In this document: piece by piece, positions 1 through 10,579 of the stretch
How positions within the stretch are numbered: position 1 is the stretch's first letter
Layout of the letters: each line of letters starts with the position of its first letter
NCBI GenBank assembly: GCA_963662315.1
Contig: OY759353.1
Coordinates: 928,001 to 992,000, forward strand
Reading direction: 5' to 3'
Length of the DNA: 64,000 nt
Source of the DNA: Geopsychrobacteraceae bacterium
GTDB lineage: Bacteria; Desulfobacterota; Desulfuromonadia; Desulfuromonadales; Geopsychrobacteraceae
The notes under the pieces: generated by a model
Seen by the model: the letters and a program-made list of their open reading frames with translations, nothing else
What the model was told of the DNA's origin: nothing
The model's database searches: none
Program-made: the position numbers and the translations under genes

Positions 1-1894
1 AAACCTTGAGGATGTGGCATCTGCTATCTATGTCATCTCTGCGGATGACATCAGGAAATCATCCGCGACGTCACTCCCAGAGCTGTTGCGTATGGTTCCC
101 GGAATTCAGGTTGGTCGTATTAGTTCTAATAGGTGGGCAGTAGCATCGCGTGGTTTTAATGGAATATATTCGGCCCAGTTGTTGGTCCAGATTGACGGCC
201 GCACAGTTTACACCCCATCATTTTCAGGGGTGTATTGGGATCAACAGGTGGTACCATTTGAAGAAATTGAGCGGATTGAAATCATTCGCGGACCCGGTGC
301 CACCGTATGGGGAGCTAATGCTGTCAATGGCGTGATTAATATCATCACAAAGTCAGCTTCTGATGCTACCGGCATGTACGTCAGTGTTGGAAGCGGAAAT
401 TACGAACATGCAATAGGACACTTCGGTATTGGTAAGCAACTAGGCAAAAACACTTACGGCAAAACCTACCTGCAATATAATAAGCGTGGTGCGTATGACT
501 ATTATGATGGTGATACGGCATCTGCTCAGTTTTACAAATATGAAGCGGACGCTAATGATGACTGGCACAGCACAACCGGAGGCTTTCGCCTTGATGGCGA
601 CGTAAATTTGAATGACAGCTGGACCCTTCAAGGCGACATGTATTCCAACCACGAACGCCAGGACATCTTTCCATATTGGCACCCGGGTTCACCGACATTC
701 TATCTCCCGGCCCTTGAAGCAGATAACTTAAAAGCCCATGGACACAACCTTTTGGCACGCTGGGAACATAGATATAGCCCAAAAAGCAACTGGTCATTCC
801 AGTTTTTCTACGACAACTCAGAACGTAAAGAACTGATTTTAAACCAGAAACAAGACACCATAAATGTTGATTTTCAGCATCAGTTTCAACCATTTAACCA
901 CCACGATATCGTCTGGGGAGCCGGTTATCGCCATATCACAGAAGAGTACCAGGGTTCTGAGGTTATGGGACTGAACTCATCCCACTACACTTCTGACCTG
1001 TACAGTTTTTTCGTCCAGGATGAAATAGCCGTTATTCCAGAAATTGTGTTTTTCACCATCGGCTCTAAGTTTGAACATAATGACTATACCGGCGACGAAT
1101 ACCAACCCAGTGCCCGACTGCTATGGCACATATCGCCCGCTCACAGTATGTGGACAGCTGTCTCGAAAGCCATCAGAACTCCCTCACGCTTTGAACATGA
1201 AATGTATCTGATCGCTACGCCAATAACTGATCCGGCAACAGGCGTCCCCACTGGCGATTTCACGACCATCAGTGGCGGAGAAATGGAATCAGAAACGGTC
1301 ATTGCCTACGAAGCCGGATACCGATACAAACAAACAAACTTTGCTGCTGAAATCGCCGTATTTTATAATGATTATAAAAAGATCAGAGCTTGGGATGCGA
1401 GCGATATGAGCCGTTTAGTGATTGCCAATGGTGCGAAAGGGTCAAGCCACGGATTGGAACTGACCATTCGCTATCAGCCTGCGCGCAAAGCGACCTCTGA
1501 GCTTGTTTATAGCTATATTGACTTTGATATGGATTCTTATGTCGCAAATCCTGTCGGCTACCCGTCAAATGCAAGCATTTTAAATTCCTCCAGCCCCAAG
1601 AATCAGCTGTCTTTACACCTGGGATATGCGCTTTTCGACACTATTCACGTTAATCTTTTCGGCCGCTATATTGATGAGCAAAAAATTACCAGCCTAACCG
1701 CCCAGGGCATAGCCATAGATGCGTATTTGGGCCTGGACGCCAATATCATCTGGTCGGTAACGGAGAATGTTCAATTTAAACTGGCAGGGCAAAATCTTAC
1801 TGATCCGCACCATCTTGAATTCATCAGTGAATATTTTACAGCACCAACAGAAGTCGGCCGCAGTGTTTATGGTCAGTTGAGTTACAATTATTAA
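1..1894 (+). CDS. TonB-dependent outer-membrane receptor (5'-truncated by window edge)
   Basis: Plug motifs (LLVQIDGR, IERIEIIRGPGATVWGANAVNGVINIITK), beta-barrel pattern, aromatic C-terminus (..GQLSYNY). Frame is open back to position 2, so the true start is upstream. Confidence 0.92.
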   Translation, partial: NLEDVASAIYVISADDIRKSSATSLPELLRMVPGIQVGRISSNRWAVASRGFNGIYSAQLLVQIDGRTVYTPSFSGVYWDQQVVPFEEIERIEIIRGPGATVWGANAVNGVINIITKSASDATGMYVSVGSGNYEHAIGHFGIGKQLGKNTYGKTYLQYNKRGAYDYYDGDTASAQFYKYEADANDDWHSTTGGFRLDGDVNLNDSWTLQGDMYSNHERQDIFPYWHPGSPTFYLPALEADNLKAHGHNLLARWEHRYSPKSNWSFQFFYDNSERKELILNQKQDTINVDFQHQFQPFNHHDIVWGAGYRHITEEYQGSEVMGLNSSHYTSDLYSFFVQDEIAVIPEIVFFTIGSKFEHNDYTGDEYQPSARLLWHISPAHSMWTAVSKAIRTPSRFEHEMYLIATPITDPATGVPTGDFTTISGGEMESETVIAYEAGYRYKQTNFAAEIAVFYNDYKKIRAWDASDMSRLVIANGAKGSSHGLELTIRYQPARKATSELVYSYIDFDMDSYVANPVGYPSNASILNSSSPKNQLSLHLGYALFDTIHVNLFGRYIDEQKITSLTAQGIAIDAYLGLDANIIWSVTENVQFKLAGQNLTDPHHLEFISEYFTAPTEVGRSVYGQLSYNY

Positions 1895-1924
1895 GGTTCA
1901 TGATTCTGGTAAACTGACACAGTT

Positions 1925-2464
1925 ATGACGAAACGCTTATTTCTATGCAGTATATTATTAGCTCCTTTACTGACAACAGTATGGGCCGCTAAATCGCCTG
2001 ATGAGAACAAAATCAGGGCGGCATTTCTTTTTAATTTTTCCAAATTCATTGAATGGCCCCAAAGTTCTTTTATCTCAACTCACGATGAACTGGTCATCGG
2101 CATTCTTGGTCCGGATTATCTTGGTGATGAATTGAAGTCGCTAAATGGACGCTTGGTACGTCAGCATCCGATTAAAATCAGTTATTACTCATCCGTTAAC
2201 GATATTAAAAACTGCCACCTGCTCTATTTGGGGACGACAAATTCGAAAATCATTAACAAAGCCCTACAATCATTAGCCAATGATCCCGTTGTCATAGTCA
2301 GCGATGCTGAAAATTTTGCTCAACATAAGGGGATTATTCAGCTTATAGCCGTGCGCGGTAGACTACGTTTTATTATTAATCAAGAAGCCGCCCAGGCTAA
2401 AGAGCTAAAGATCAATTCTCAATTATTGAGGCTCGCCATTGAAGTTATAGAGGCCAAACAATGA
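1925..2464 (+). CDS. YfiR/DUF4154 family periplasmic protein
   Basis: Signal peptide, IRAAFLFNFSKFIEWP, CHLLYL, LKINSQLLRLA are typical of the YfiR family. Confidence 0.88.
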   Translation: MTKRLFLCSILLAPLLTTVWAAKSPDENKIRAAFLFNFSKFIEWPQSSFISTHDELVIGILGPDYLGDELKSLNGRLVRQHPIKISYYSSVNDIKNCHLLYLGTTNSKIINKALQSLANDPVVIVSDAENFAQHKGIIQLIAVRGRLRFIINQEAAQAKELKINSQLLRLAIEVIEAKQ

Positions 2465-5214
2465 AATGGCTATCAACGTACAAGTCCATTCGTCAAAAAC
2501 TGACTTTTATTGTCATCAGTATTTCTTTTTTTGTCATGCTGTTCTCTTGTGCCTTTGTTTTCGGCAACCTCTGGTACCTGTACCGCAACAACCTGAATGA
2601 AGATATAAAATCCCTGTCTGAAATTGTCGCCGAAAACTCAACGGCCGCCCTGGTTTTTGAAGATTCAGCAACCCTTAAAATGACATTGAAATCGTTGCAA
2701 CGCAAAAAGTCATTCTTAAAAGCAGCCATTTATCTCCAAAATGGCCGTCAGGTTGCAAGTTATGAACGCCACAACAACGATAAGCAAAGTTCTGAATCAG
2801 CGCCCGGTTTGTCTAAATTTGCCTGGATGAATCCACTGATTCAAGATCAACTCGATATCATCGAGCCAATCATCCTTGACAATGAACAGATCGGCACTCT
2901 TCACCTGCAAGTCAGTACAGCGGATTTCAAGGAGTCCATGGTTGAAATCGGCAGCCTTATCCTGATAAGTATCCTTGGCGGTATGGTGATAGCGGCCCTG
3001 TTGGTTAGCTGGTTGCAAGGTTCCATTACAAAACCGGTTCAGCTGTTGGCAGATACCATTAAACAGATCACAGATAAAAACGATTACAGCGTTCGCGTTG
3101 AGCAGGTCAGTCATGACGAAATCGGCATTCTTGCCGCCGGTTTCAACAAAATGCTTGAACGCATTGAGGAGCGTGATGGTTCTCTCGAGTATCAGGTGCA
3201 GGAACGCACAGAACAGCTTAAACATGCGATGGATGAAGCCGTAAGCCTGGCCCGTGAAGCACAAGCTGCAAACGAGGCTAAATCAAAATTTCTGGCCAAC
3301 ATGAGTCACGAGATCCGCACCCCGATGAATGGTGTGCTTGGCATGGCGGAACTCATCCTGGATTCAGACCTGTCGACAGAGCAGCGCTCAGCCCTGGAAA
3401 CCATCCGCACCTCCGGTGAATCGCTGTTGACCATTATTAATGACATTCTCGATTTTTCTAAAATTGAAGCAGGTAAGCTTGATATCGAAAATATCAACTT
3501 CAACCTACCCGTTTTGATCGATGACATCATCCAGATGCTGGCCCACCGCGCCCATAGCAAAGGAATCGAACTTATCGTTGAGCTGGACCATGATCTTCCT
3601 GAAAATATCCAGGCAGACCCCAGCCGGGTTCGGCAAATCCTTACCAATTTGCTCTCTAACGCCATCAAATTCACGGAAAAAGGAGAAGTTCATCTGAGGG
3701 TGTCATCGACCATTGAAAAACCGAATCAGTCTGAACTGCGTTTTCAGGTCCGGGATACCGGGATCGGCCTTGAGCCGGAAGAGATCGAGAAACTTTTTCT
3801 CCCCTTTACCCAAGCCGACGAATCAACGACACGCCGCTTTGGTGGAACCGGACTGGGCCTGGCCATTTGCAGGCAACTGGTTGAGCTTATGGGGGGACAT
3901 ATTGGCTGCAGCAGTGAAAAAGACAAAGGGGCTCTTTTCTGGTGCACAATCAAGGCCAAGCAGGTTGCGACGACTCAAGGGAGCACACTCAAAACCGACA
4001 TGCTTAAAGGTCTAAAAGGTTTGATTATTGATGATAATCAGACCAACAGAAAGGTTCTGGAACTTCAACTGACCCCATATGGAGCACATATCAGCACTGC
4101 CGCCAACGGGTTGGACGGGCTTGATCTTCTCTATGCTGCAAACAAGCGAAATGAACCTTTCGATTTTCTGGTTCTCGATATGAATATGCCCAAAATGGAT
4201 GGCATTGAAGTTGCCAATAGGATCAGAAAAGACCAGAGTTACCAAAACCTGAAAATATTAATGCTGACTTCCGTCAGTATGCATGGGGGAATAAATACTG
4301 ACGAGATAGGCATTGATACGTGCCTGACCAAACCAATTCGCCATATCGACCTGCTCAACAGCATTCAATCCTTACTAACTGGCGGTTCTAACGCGACACC
4401 AGGCACCTATGCAACCGACCAACTCCCTCAATTCAAAAAAGAGATCCTGCTGGTAGAGGATAATCTGATCAATCAGCAGGTCGCCAAGGGAATTCTGCAA
4501 AAACTCGGGTGCTATGTCAGTCTTGCCGGAAACGGAATGGAGGCGGTCAAAGCAGCCCACAACAAAACTTTTGATCTTATTTTCATGGATTGCCAGATGC
4601 CGGTCATGGATGGTTATCAGGCTACTACCCAGATTCGCACACTGCAACAAAATGACACGTATATTCCGATCATTGCTCTTACGGCCAACGCCTTAAGCGG
4701 GGACCGAGAAAAATGTCTGGAAGCAGGTATGAATGATTACCTGAGCAAACCCTTTTCACAAAAGCAGGTAGCGACAATCATAGAAAAATGGTTGGGTCCT
4801 GCGCAGATGACAAGCAACAACAAACTCGAAAACAAGGATAGGTCTATGGTATTTGAAGGTCTTGAAGTCATCAACTATAATGCACTTGATAACATCAGAG
4901 CCCTGGCAGGGGAAGGCAATGAAAACCTGCTGAACCAGATCATAGAAATTTTTCTGTCTGATATGCCACAGCAATTGAGCAAACTCGAAATAGCCCATGC
5001 CGAAAAGGACATGAACACTGTCAGAGCCATTGCCCATAGCATGAAATCAGCGAGTGCTAATCTTGGAGCCCTGAGGGTGTCAGCAATATTTAAAAAGTTA
5101 GAAGAAGCCGGACGCAACAATACTCCTGACAGAGTCCCAGAACTATTCAATCAGCTAAATAAAGAATACAAAATACTCGCTCCTCTGCTGCGTAAAATAG
5201 CTATATCCGAGTAG
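2461..5214 (+). CDS. Hybrid sensor histidine kinase (periplasmic sensor, HAMP, HisKA, HATPase, 2x REC, HPt)
   Basis: H-box MSHEIRTPMNG, NLLSNAIKFT, DTGIG, GTGLGL, REC motifs DMNMPKMDG and DCQMPVMDG, HPt AHSMKSASANLGA. ATGA overlap with the yfiR-like gene. Confidence 0.95.
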   Translation: MKWLSTYKSIRQKLTFIVISISFFVMLFSCAFVFGNLWYLYRNNLNEDIKSLSEIVAENSTAALVFEDSATLKMTLKSLQRKKSFLKAAIYLQNGRQVASYERHNNDKQSSESAPGLSKFAWMNPLIQDQLDIIEPIILDNEQIGTLHLQVSTADFKESMVEIGSLILISILGGMVIAALLVSWLQGSITKPVQLLADTIKQITDKNDYSVRVEQVSHDEIGILAAGFNKMLERIEERDGSLEYQVQERTEQLKHAMDEAVSLAREAQAANEAKSKFLANMSHEIRTPMNGVLGMAELILDSDLSTEQRSALETIRTSGESLLTIINDILDFSKIEAGKLDIENINFNLPVLIDDIIQMLAHRAHSKGIELIVELDHDLPENIQADPSRVRQILTNLLSNAIKFTEKGEVHLRVSSTIEKPNQSELRFQVRDTGIGLEPEEIEKLFLPFTQADESTTRRFGGTGLGLAICRQLVELMGGHIGCSSEKDKGALFWCTIKAKQVATTQGSTLKTDMLKGLKGLIIDDNQTNRKVLELQLTPYGAHISTAANGLDGLDLLYAANKRNEPFDFLVLDMNMPKMDGIEVANRIRKDQSYQNLKILMLTSVSMHGGINTDEIGIDTCLTKPIRHIDLLNSIQSLLTGGSNATPGTYATDQLPQFKKEILLVEDNLINQQVAKGILQKLGCYVSLAGNGMEAVKAAHNKTFDLIFMDCQMPVMDGYQATTQIRTLQQNDTYIPIIALTANALSGDREKCLEAGMNDYLSKPFSQKQVATIIEKWLGPAQMTSNNKLENKDRSMVFEGLEVINYNALDNIRALAGEGNENLLNQIIEIFLSDMPQQLSKLEIAHAEKDMNTVRAIAHSMKSASANLGALRVSAIFKKLEEAGRNNTPDRVPELFNQLNKEYKILAPLLRKIAISE

Positions 5215-5426
5215 AGTTATAAGACTTCAAATTATGCTTTTTGAATCATTTTTCTGGTTTTGACCAGTCTAAATAAATATTTCAAAGAACGGTTAGGCGC
5301 TTAATATTTGGGTGTCCGCTACTGACGACCGAGGTCAGTTCGCCCAGATAAAATATTACTTTTGATCGAGAGTAGAAATAATAAAAAGAAAGTCTAAACT
5401 AATAATTATCAGCCCACATTTAACCG

Positions 5427-7220
5427 ATGGTGTTTATGATGGAAGACAACAATCCAAAAGTCATACCCCTGCAACCTCATACCGTGCTTATTGTCGATGA
5501 TGACTTGCCTGCCCGTATGCTGATGCGGGCCAGTCTTTTAAAGGGTGGCTTTCGCGTCATTGAAGCTCAAAATGGTATTGAGGCAGTCGACCTGTTTACC
5601 ATTGAACACCCTGACGCCATTTTGATGGACGTGATGATGCCGGAACTGGATGGCTTTGGCGCCTGCCGCGCTATCAGAAACTGTGACGGAGGGGATCATA
5701 TCCCCATTCTGATGGTGACGGGTCTTGAGGATATCGAATCAATTAATCGCGCGTATGATAGCGGGGCAACTGATTTTATTACCAAGCCAATTAACTGGAC
5801 CGTTCTGAACTATCGGGTTAAGTACATGTTACGTGCCAGCCAGGCTTTTTTTGATGTTGTCGATAAACAGAAGAAAATTCAGGAACTGGCATTTTTTGAC
5901 CAATTAACCGGTCTTGCCAATCGCACCCTGTTTAAAGAAACATTGACGGATGTTCTTTCAGTCTCCAAGGACAGCGGCACATTGGTCGCAGTCCTGGTTC
6001 TCGATATCGACCGTTTCAAAACCATCAATGACACCTTGGGGCACGAAATAGGCGATCTACTTCTGAAAAATATTGGTCGCCGCATTCATACCGCTATCAG
6101 TACATCGGACATCTTTTCCAGATCCCCCCTGCGTCATATAGACAACTACATTGCCCGCCAGGGTGGGGACGAATTTGCCATCATGCTTCCAAACCTGGTC
6201 GATCCAGAACAAGCCGGTCGGCTTGCCGGTCGTATCAATGATTGCTTTGCTGATTTATTTATTGAAGGACAGGAAATTTTTATTTCATCAAGTATTGGCA
6301 TCAGTATTTACCCATTAGACGGCAGTGCGGCTGAGGAATTGATTAAAAACGCCGATATAGCCATGTATCATGCTAAAGAACGTGGTAAAAACTGTTTTCA
6401 GTACTATGAAAAGTCTCTTAATATCAGTGCATATGAGCGTCTTTCATTTGAAAACGATATTCGTAAAGGAATTGCCAACGAAGAATTTGAATTATTTTTT
6501 CAACCCCAGATCAATATGGCTGATGGTAGAATTATAGGGGCAGAAGCATTAACACGCTGGTATCATCATGAACGGGGCGCGGTATCTCCTGGCGCATTTA
6601 TTCCAGTAATTGAGGAACTCGGCCTTATAGAACCCTTTACCGACTGGGTTATACGTTCTGCAGCACGTCATCAGAAAACATTGCAGGACAATGGTTTTTT
6701 CAACCTAACCGTAGCAGTGAACATTTCCAGTAGGCAATTTGTACAGCAACAGATTCCGCAGAAAATCAAAAATGTGTTTCTTCAGTACAATCTTTCCTGT
6801 GATTTTCTTGAACTTGAGCTGACTGAATCGGTTCTGGCTGAACAGAACGCCGAGACATTAGAAATATTGAGAGCTCTCAAAGAAATGGGGTTGTCTATAT
6901 CAGTGGACGATTTTGGTATCGGTTACTCGTCATTGGTCTACTTAAAATCATTTCCTATCGATATCATTAAAATCGACCGTTTTTTTATCAAGGATATCAT
7001 GACCAATCATCAGGATGCCTCTATTGTTAAGGCGATTATTGCAATGGCAAAAAGTATGAGCATGCTGGTCATTGCCGAAGGAATCGAAACCGCAGACCAA
7101 TATTATCTGTTACGAGAAATGGGCTGTGATATCGGTCAGGGATTTCTTTTCAGCAAGGCGATTTCCAGCTCTGATTTTATTGAATTGATCAAAACTGGAC
7201 AAATACTGAGCCCTGGCTAA
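5427..7220 (+). CDS. REC-GGDEF-EAL response regulator (diguanylate cyclase/phosphodiesterase)
   Basis: REC DVMMPELDG, GGDEF motif RQGGDEF, EAL motif GAEALTRW, DDFGIGYSS. Start may be a few codons later. Confidence 0.93.
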   Translation: MVFMMEDNNPKVIPLQPHTVLIVDDDLPARMLMRASLLKGGFRVIEAQNGIEAVDLFTIEHPDAILMDVMMPELDGFGACRAIRNCDGGDHIPILMVTGLEDIESINRAYDSGATDFITKPINWTVLNYRVKYMLRASQAFFDVVDKQKKIQELAFFDQLTGLANRTLFKETLTDVLSVSKDSGTLVAVLVLDIDRFKTINDTLGHEIGDLLLKNIGRRIHTAISTSDIFSRSPLRHIDNYIARQGGDEFAIMLPNLVDPEQAGRLAGRINDCFADLFIEGQEIFISSSIGISIYPLDGSAAEELIKNADIAMYHAKERGKNCFQYYEKSLNISAYERLSFENDIRKGIANEEFELFFQPQINMADGRIIGAEALTRWYHHERGAVSPGAFIPVIEELGLIEPFTDWVIRSAARHQKTLQDNGFFNLTVAVNISSRQFVQQQIPQKIKNVFLQYNLSCDFLELELTESVLAEQNAETLEILRALKEMGLSISVDDFGIGYSSLVYLKSFPIDIIKIDRFFIKDIMTNHQDASIVKAIIAMAKSMSMLVIAEGIETADQYYLLREMGCDIGQGFLFSKAISSSDFIELIKTGQILSPG

Positions 7221-7330
7221 ACGCTTTGCGTTAAATAGAATTATAGATTTCAAATTTTCAACTTTCATATTCCCCCCTTTTCTTTTAATATGCTTTAACT
7301 TAATTGTTTTATAAGGGGCACTCATTCTAA

Positions 7331-8863
7331 ATGACGCAGCCATTTACAAACTACACAGAACTCTGCGAGCATATAGAGCGGGACATCCGATTGCCGACAC
7401 CACCCGTTATCGCATTAAAGATTCTTGAAACGATTCAAGACAACCAGGATTGCATGACAAAACTGGTGCAGATCATTTCAGCAGACCTCGCCCTAACTGC
7501 CAAAATGCTACGCCTGGCAAACTCCAGCTTTTATTCTCTGAAGAGAAAAGTGACCAGTATTGAACGTGCCGTATCGGTGCTAGGTACGAATCTGATCAAA
7601 AACATCGCCCTATCCTTTGTGCTCGCCAGCGATTTGCGCGAAGACCTCCAGGTCGGCAGTTTCGATTATGATTATTTCTGGAGACGTTCCGTCACTTCAG
7701 CAGTAACAGCAAACCTGTTGTGTCAGTTGCTGGGATATAAGGACGAGGATATCTTTGTTACGGCACTGCTTCACGACATTGGTATTTTAATTGCTTATCA
7801 GACTCACCGTGATACATACACAGCGCTGCTGCAACAGGCCCGTGAGGAAAAAATTGATCTCATCTGGCTGGAAAAGCAGAAATTCGGTTTTGATCACCAA
7901 CAAATTGCCTTCACTCTGCTGCGCAAATGGAACCTCCCGGATGATTTTGCCTGGTCCATTGTTTACCATCACACCCCGAGTCTTGCACCTCAGATAGTGC
8001 GCAACCGAACGTCGGTTATTAATATTGCCGACAAAATTGCAGCAATCTACACAACAGCTGGAAACTCGGATCAAATTCCTGAGATCAAGCATCAGCTGTG
8101 CGAAAATTTTCAGTTACGCCCTCATATCATCACCACATTTCTTGATGAAGCTGCCTTGAAAAGCATTGAGATTCTTGACTCTTTTGAAATACCTGATGGA
8201 GGGATGAAACCCTATTCCCAACTGCTTCAGGAAGCGAATGAGGAGTTGGGCCGGCTGAATGTTTCTTATGAGCAACTGGTCCTTGAACTGAAAGAGGCGA
8301 AAGAGAAGTCCGAGCAGCTCACCGAGCAGCTCAGAACTGCCAATATCCGGTTAAACACGCTGGTATTCACCGATGGGTTAACGGGCCTGTATAATCATCG
8401 CTATTTTCAGCAGGCCCTGGCGAATGCTCTGGCACAATCCAGTCAGGAGCACTCGCCGCTATCATTAATTCTTTTTGATCTTGACCACTTTAAAAATATC
8501 AATGACACTTATGGACACCCAGTCGGTGACCAGGTGCTCAATAACCTTGCAATAAGCGTTAGGGACATTATCAGACCAAATGATGTTCTGGCCAGGTATG
8601 GAGGGGAAGAGTTTGCCATTATTCTGCCATATACTGACTTTTCAGGTGTTAAAATATTTGCAGAACGACTTAGACTCTGTGTTGAAAATACGGTAACTAG
8701 GCATGAGAGGGGAAATATCAGGGGCACTATAAGTATCGGGGCGACATCATATCAACCATGGGAACAAAAGATTTCTCAGGATTTACTGATAAAAACTGCT
8801 GATCGCGGCCTGTATATGTCAAAACATAATGGACGCAATACCGTCACCGCGCTATTGCCCTGA
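7331..8863 (+). CDS. HDOD-GGDEF diguanylate cyclase (paralog 1)
   Basis: HDOD (LTAKMLRLANS, LLHDIG), coiled coil, DGLTGLYN, RPND I-site, RYGGEEF. Confidence 0.92.
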   Translation: MTQPFTNYTELCEHIERDIRLPTPPVIALKILETIQDNQDCMTKLVQIISADLALTAKMLRLANSSFYSLKRKVTSIERAVSVLGTNLIKNIALSFVLASDLREDLQVGSFDYDYFWRRSVTSAVTANLLCQLLGYKDEDIFVTALLHDIGILIAYQTHRDTYTALLQQAREEKIDLIWLEKQKFGFDHQQIAFTLLRKWNLPDDFAWSIVYHHTPSLAPQIVRNRTSVINIADKIAAIYTTAGNSDQIPEIKHQLCENFQLRPHIITTFLDEAALKSIEILDSFEIPDGGMKPYSQLLQEANEELGRLNVSYEQLVLELKEAKEKSEQLTEQLRTANIRLNTLVFTDGLTGLYNHRYFQQALANALAQSSQEHSPLSLILFDLDHFKNINDTYGHPVGDQVLNNLAISVRDIIRPNDVLARYGGEEFAIILPYTDFSGVKIFAERLRLCVENTVTRHERGNIRGTISIGATSYQPWEQKISQDLLIKTADRGLYMSKHNGRNTVTALLP

Positions 8864-8952
8864 GTTAAAACTGACAAGCCCCTGTGTTGACCCTGTTGCT
8901 GAAAAGAGTCAACATCTAACCGCGTATGAAAGATTACAGGAATTGACACCCT

Positions 8953-10491
8953 ATGCAGTCAAATGAAAATTATCAGAAGATAATGGACCTTATCAGTTCC
9001 GATCTTAAACTGCCCTCCCCTCCGGCCGTTGCTGTCAGAATCCTTAACGCCGTTCAGAGCAACGAATCGGCTTTAAAAGATATCGCCGACATTATCAGTT
9101 CCGACCCTGTTTTAAGCGCCAAAATGCTGCGTATAGCCAACTCCGGCTATTACACCCGAGGCGGACCAATCAGCAATATTCAGCGCGCCATGACAATCCT
9201 TGGCACCAATGTTATCAAGAATATTGCGTTATCTTTTGTCATTACCGGTTCGTTTAATGAACAGGACGATTCACCCTTCGATTTCAATCTATTCTGGAAG
9301 CGCTGCATCATCAGTGCCGTTGCCACCGACCAGTTAGCCGTCAAAATCGGTATCAAAAACGATGATCTATTCATTACGGCATTGCTGCAGGATATCGGCA
9401 GCCTGATTATTGCCTTAACCAAACCGGAAGACTATTCACGAGTGTTTAACGAATGTGAAATTTTCGATAAAGAACTTGAAGACGCTGAACGCAGTACCTT
9501 TGACTATACTCACAGCCAGGTCACGTATGCCCTGCTGCAGCATTGGCAGCTGCCCGAAGAGATCACAATACCGACGCTGTTTCACCACAACCCTCAAAGT
9601 GCGACTAAAGATATTTCCTCGATTGCCACACTCCTTAATTATGGTTCTCGTTTCGGCAAGTTGTTCACTGCGGAAGAAATTGCCTATAACACCAGAGTCT
9701 TAAGTGAAGAGATCCGACAGACTTACCAGTTGCAGGAGGCTGAAGTCAGTGAACTTGTTGATGCTATAGCTCTGGCCTCAAAAACCATGCTCGAGTCTTT
9801 TGAAATAGCGCCAGGAGATATTAAACCATTCTCCCACATCCTGCAGGAGGCTAACGAGCAACTCTCGGCAATCAATCTTAATCAGGCGCAATTGATGCTG
9901 GAAATGCAGGAAGCCAAGCTGAAAGCTGAGCGCTTAAGTAATGAGCTTCAGGACGCTAATGCCCGCCTTAGAGAACTGGTTTATCGTGATGGATTGACAG
10001 GCTTATATAACCATCGTTTTTTTCAAGAGTCCTTGAGTCATGAGCTGCTTCGGGCCAACCGCTACAAAACATCGGTATCACTTATTTTGTTCGATATAGA
10101 TCACTTTAAAAAAGTGAATGACAGCTACGGACACCAGGCTGGTGACCTGGTGTTGATGAACATAGCGCGGGCGGTCTCTTCCAGTATTCGCCCCACGGAT
10201 ATCATAGCCCGTTATGGTGGTGAAGAATTTGCTGTTATCTTGCCGGAAACCAATGCCGCCGGAGCTAAAGTTTTTGCCGCCCGTTTACGCCGCTGTGTAG
10301 AAGGTATTGCGACTCTGACCAAGGGACAATTGATTTATGTTACAGTCAGTGCGGGGACAACAACCTTTACACCAGAGAGCCATACAAGCGACAAGGACCA
10401 AATTATCACCATCGCTGACAAAGGGCTCTATATTTCAAAACAGAATGGCCGCAACCAGGTTACGGCGCTAACGCTTGAGGAACATCATTGA
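8953..10491 (+). CDS. HDOD-GGDEF diguanylate cyclase (paralog 2)
   Basis: HDOD (DPVLSAKMLRIANS, LLQDIG), DGLTGLYN, RPTD I-site, RYGGEEF. Confidence 0.92.
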   Translation: MQSNENYQKIMDLISSDLKLPSPPAVAVRILNAVQSNESALKDIADIISSDPVLSAKMLRIANSGYYTRGGPISNIQRAMTILGTNVIKNIALSFVITGSFNEQDDSPFDFNLFWKRCIISAVATDQLAVKIGIKNDDLFITALLQDIGSLIIALTKPEDYSRVFNECEIFDKELEDAERSTFDYTHSQVTYALLQHWQLPEEITIPTLFHHNPQSATKDISSIATLLNYGSRFGKLFTAEEIAYNTRVLSEEIRQTYQLQEAEVSELVDAIALASKTMLESFEIAPGDIKPFSHILQEANEQLSAINLNQAQLMLEMQEAKLKAERLSNELQDANARLRELVYRDGLTGLYNHRFFQESLSHELLRANRYKTSVSLILFDIDHFKKVNDSYGHQAGDLVLMNIARAVSSSIRPTDIIARYGGEEFAVILPETNAAGAKVFAARLRRCVEGIATLTKGQLIYVTVSAGTTTFTPESHTSDKDQIITIADKGLYISKQNGRNQVTALTLEEHH

Positions 10492-10579
10492 GTATTATTT
10501 TAATGAATTCGACTGGATAGTCTTGCATCCACATGATATTTTAAAAGTATCTGTTTAAACAGGGAGCTTTCTAGATATC

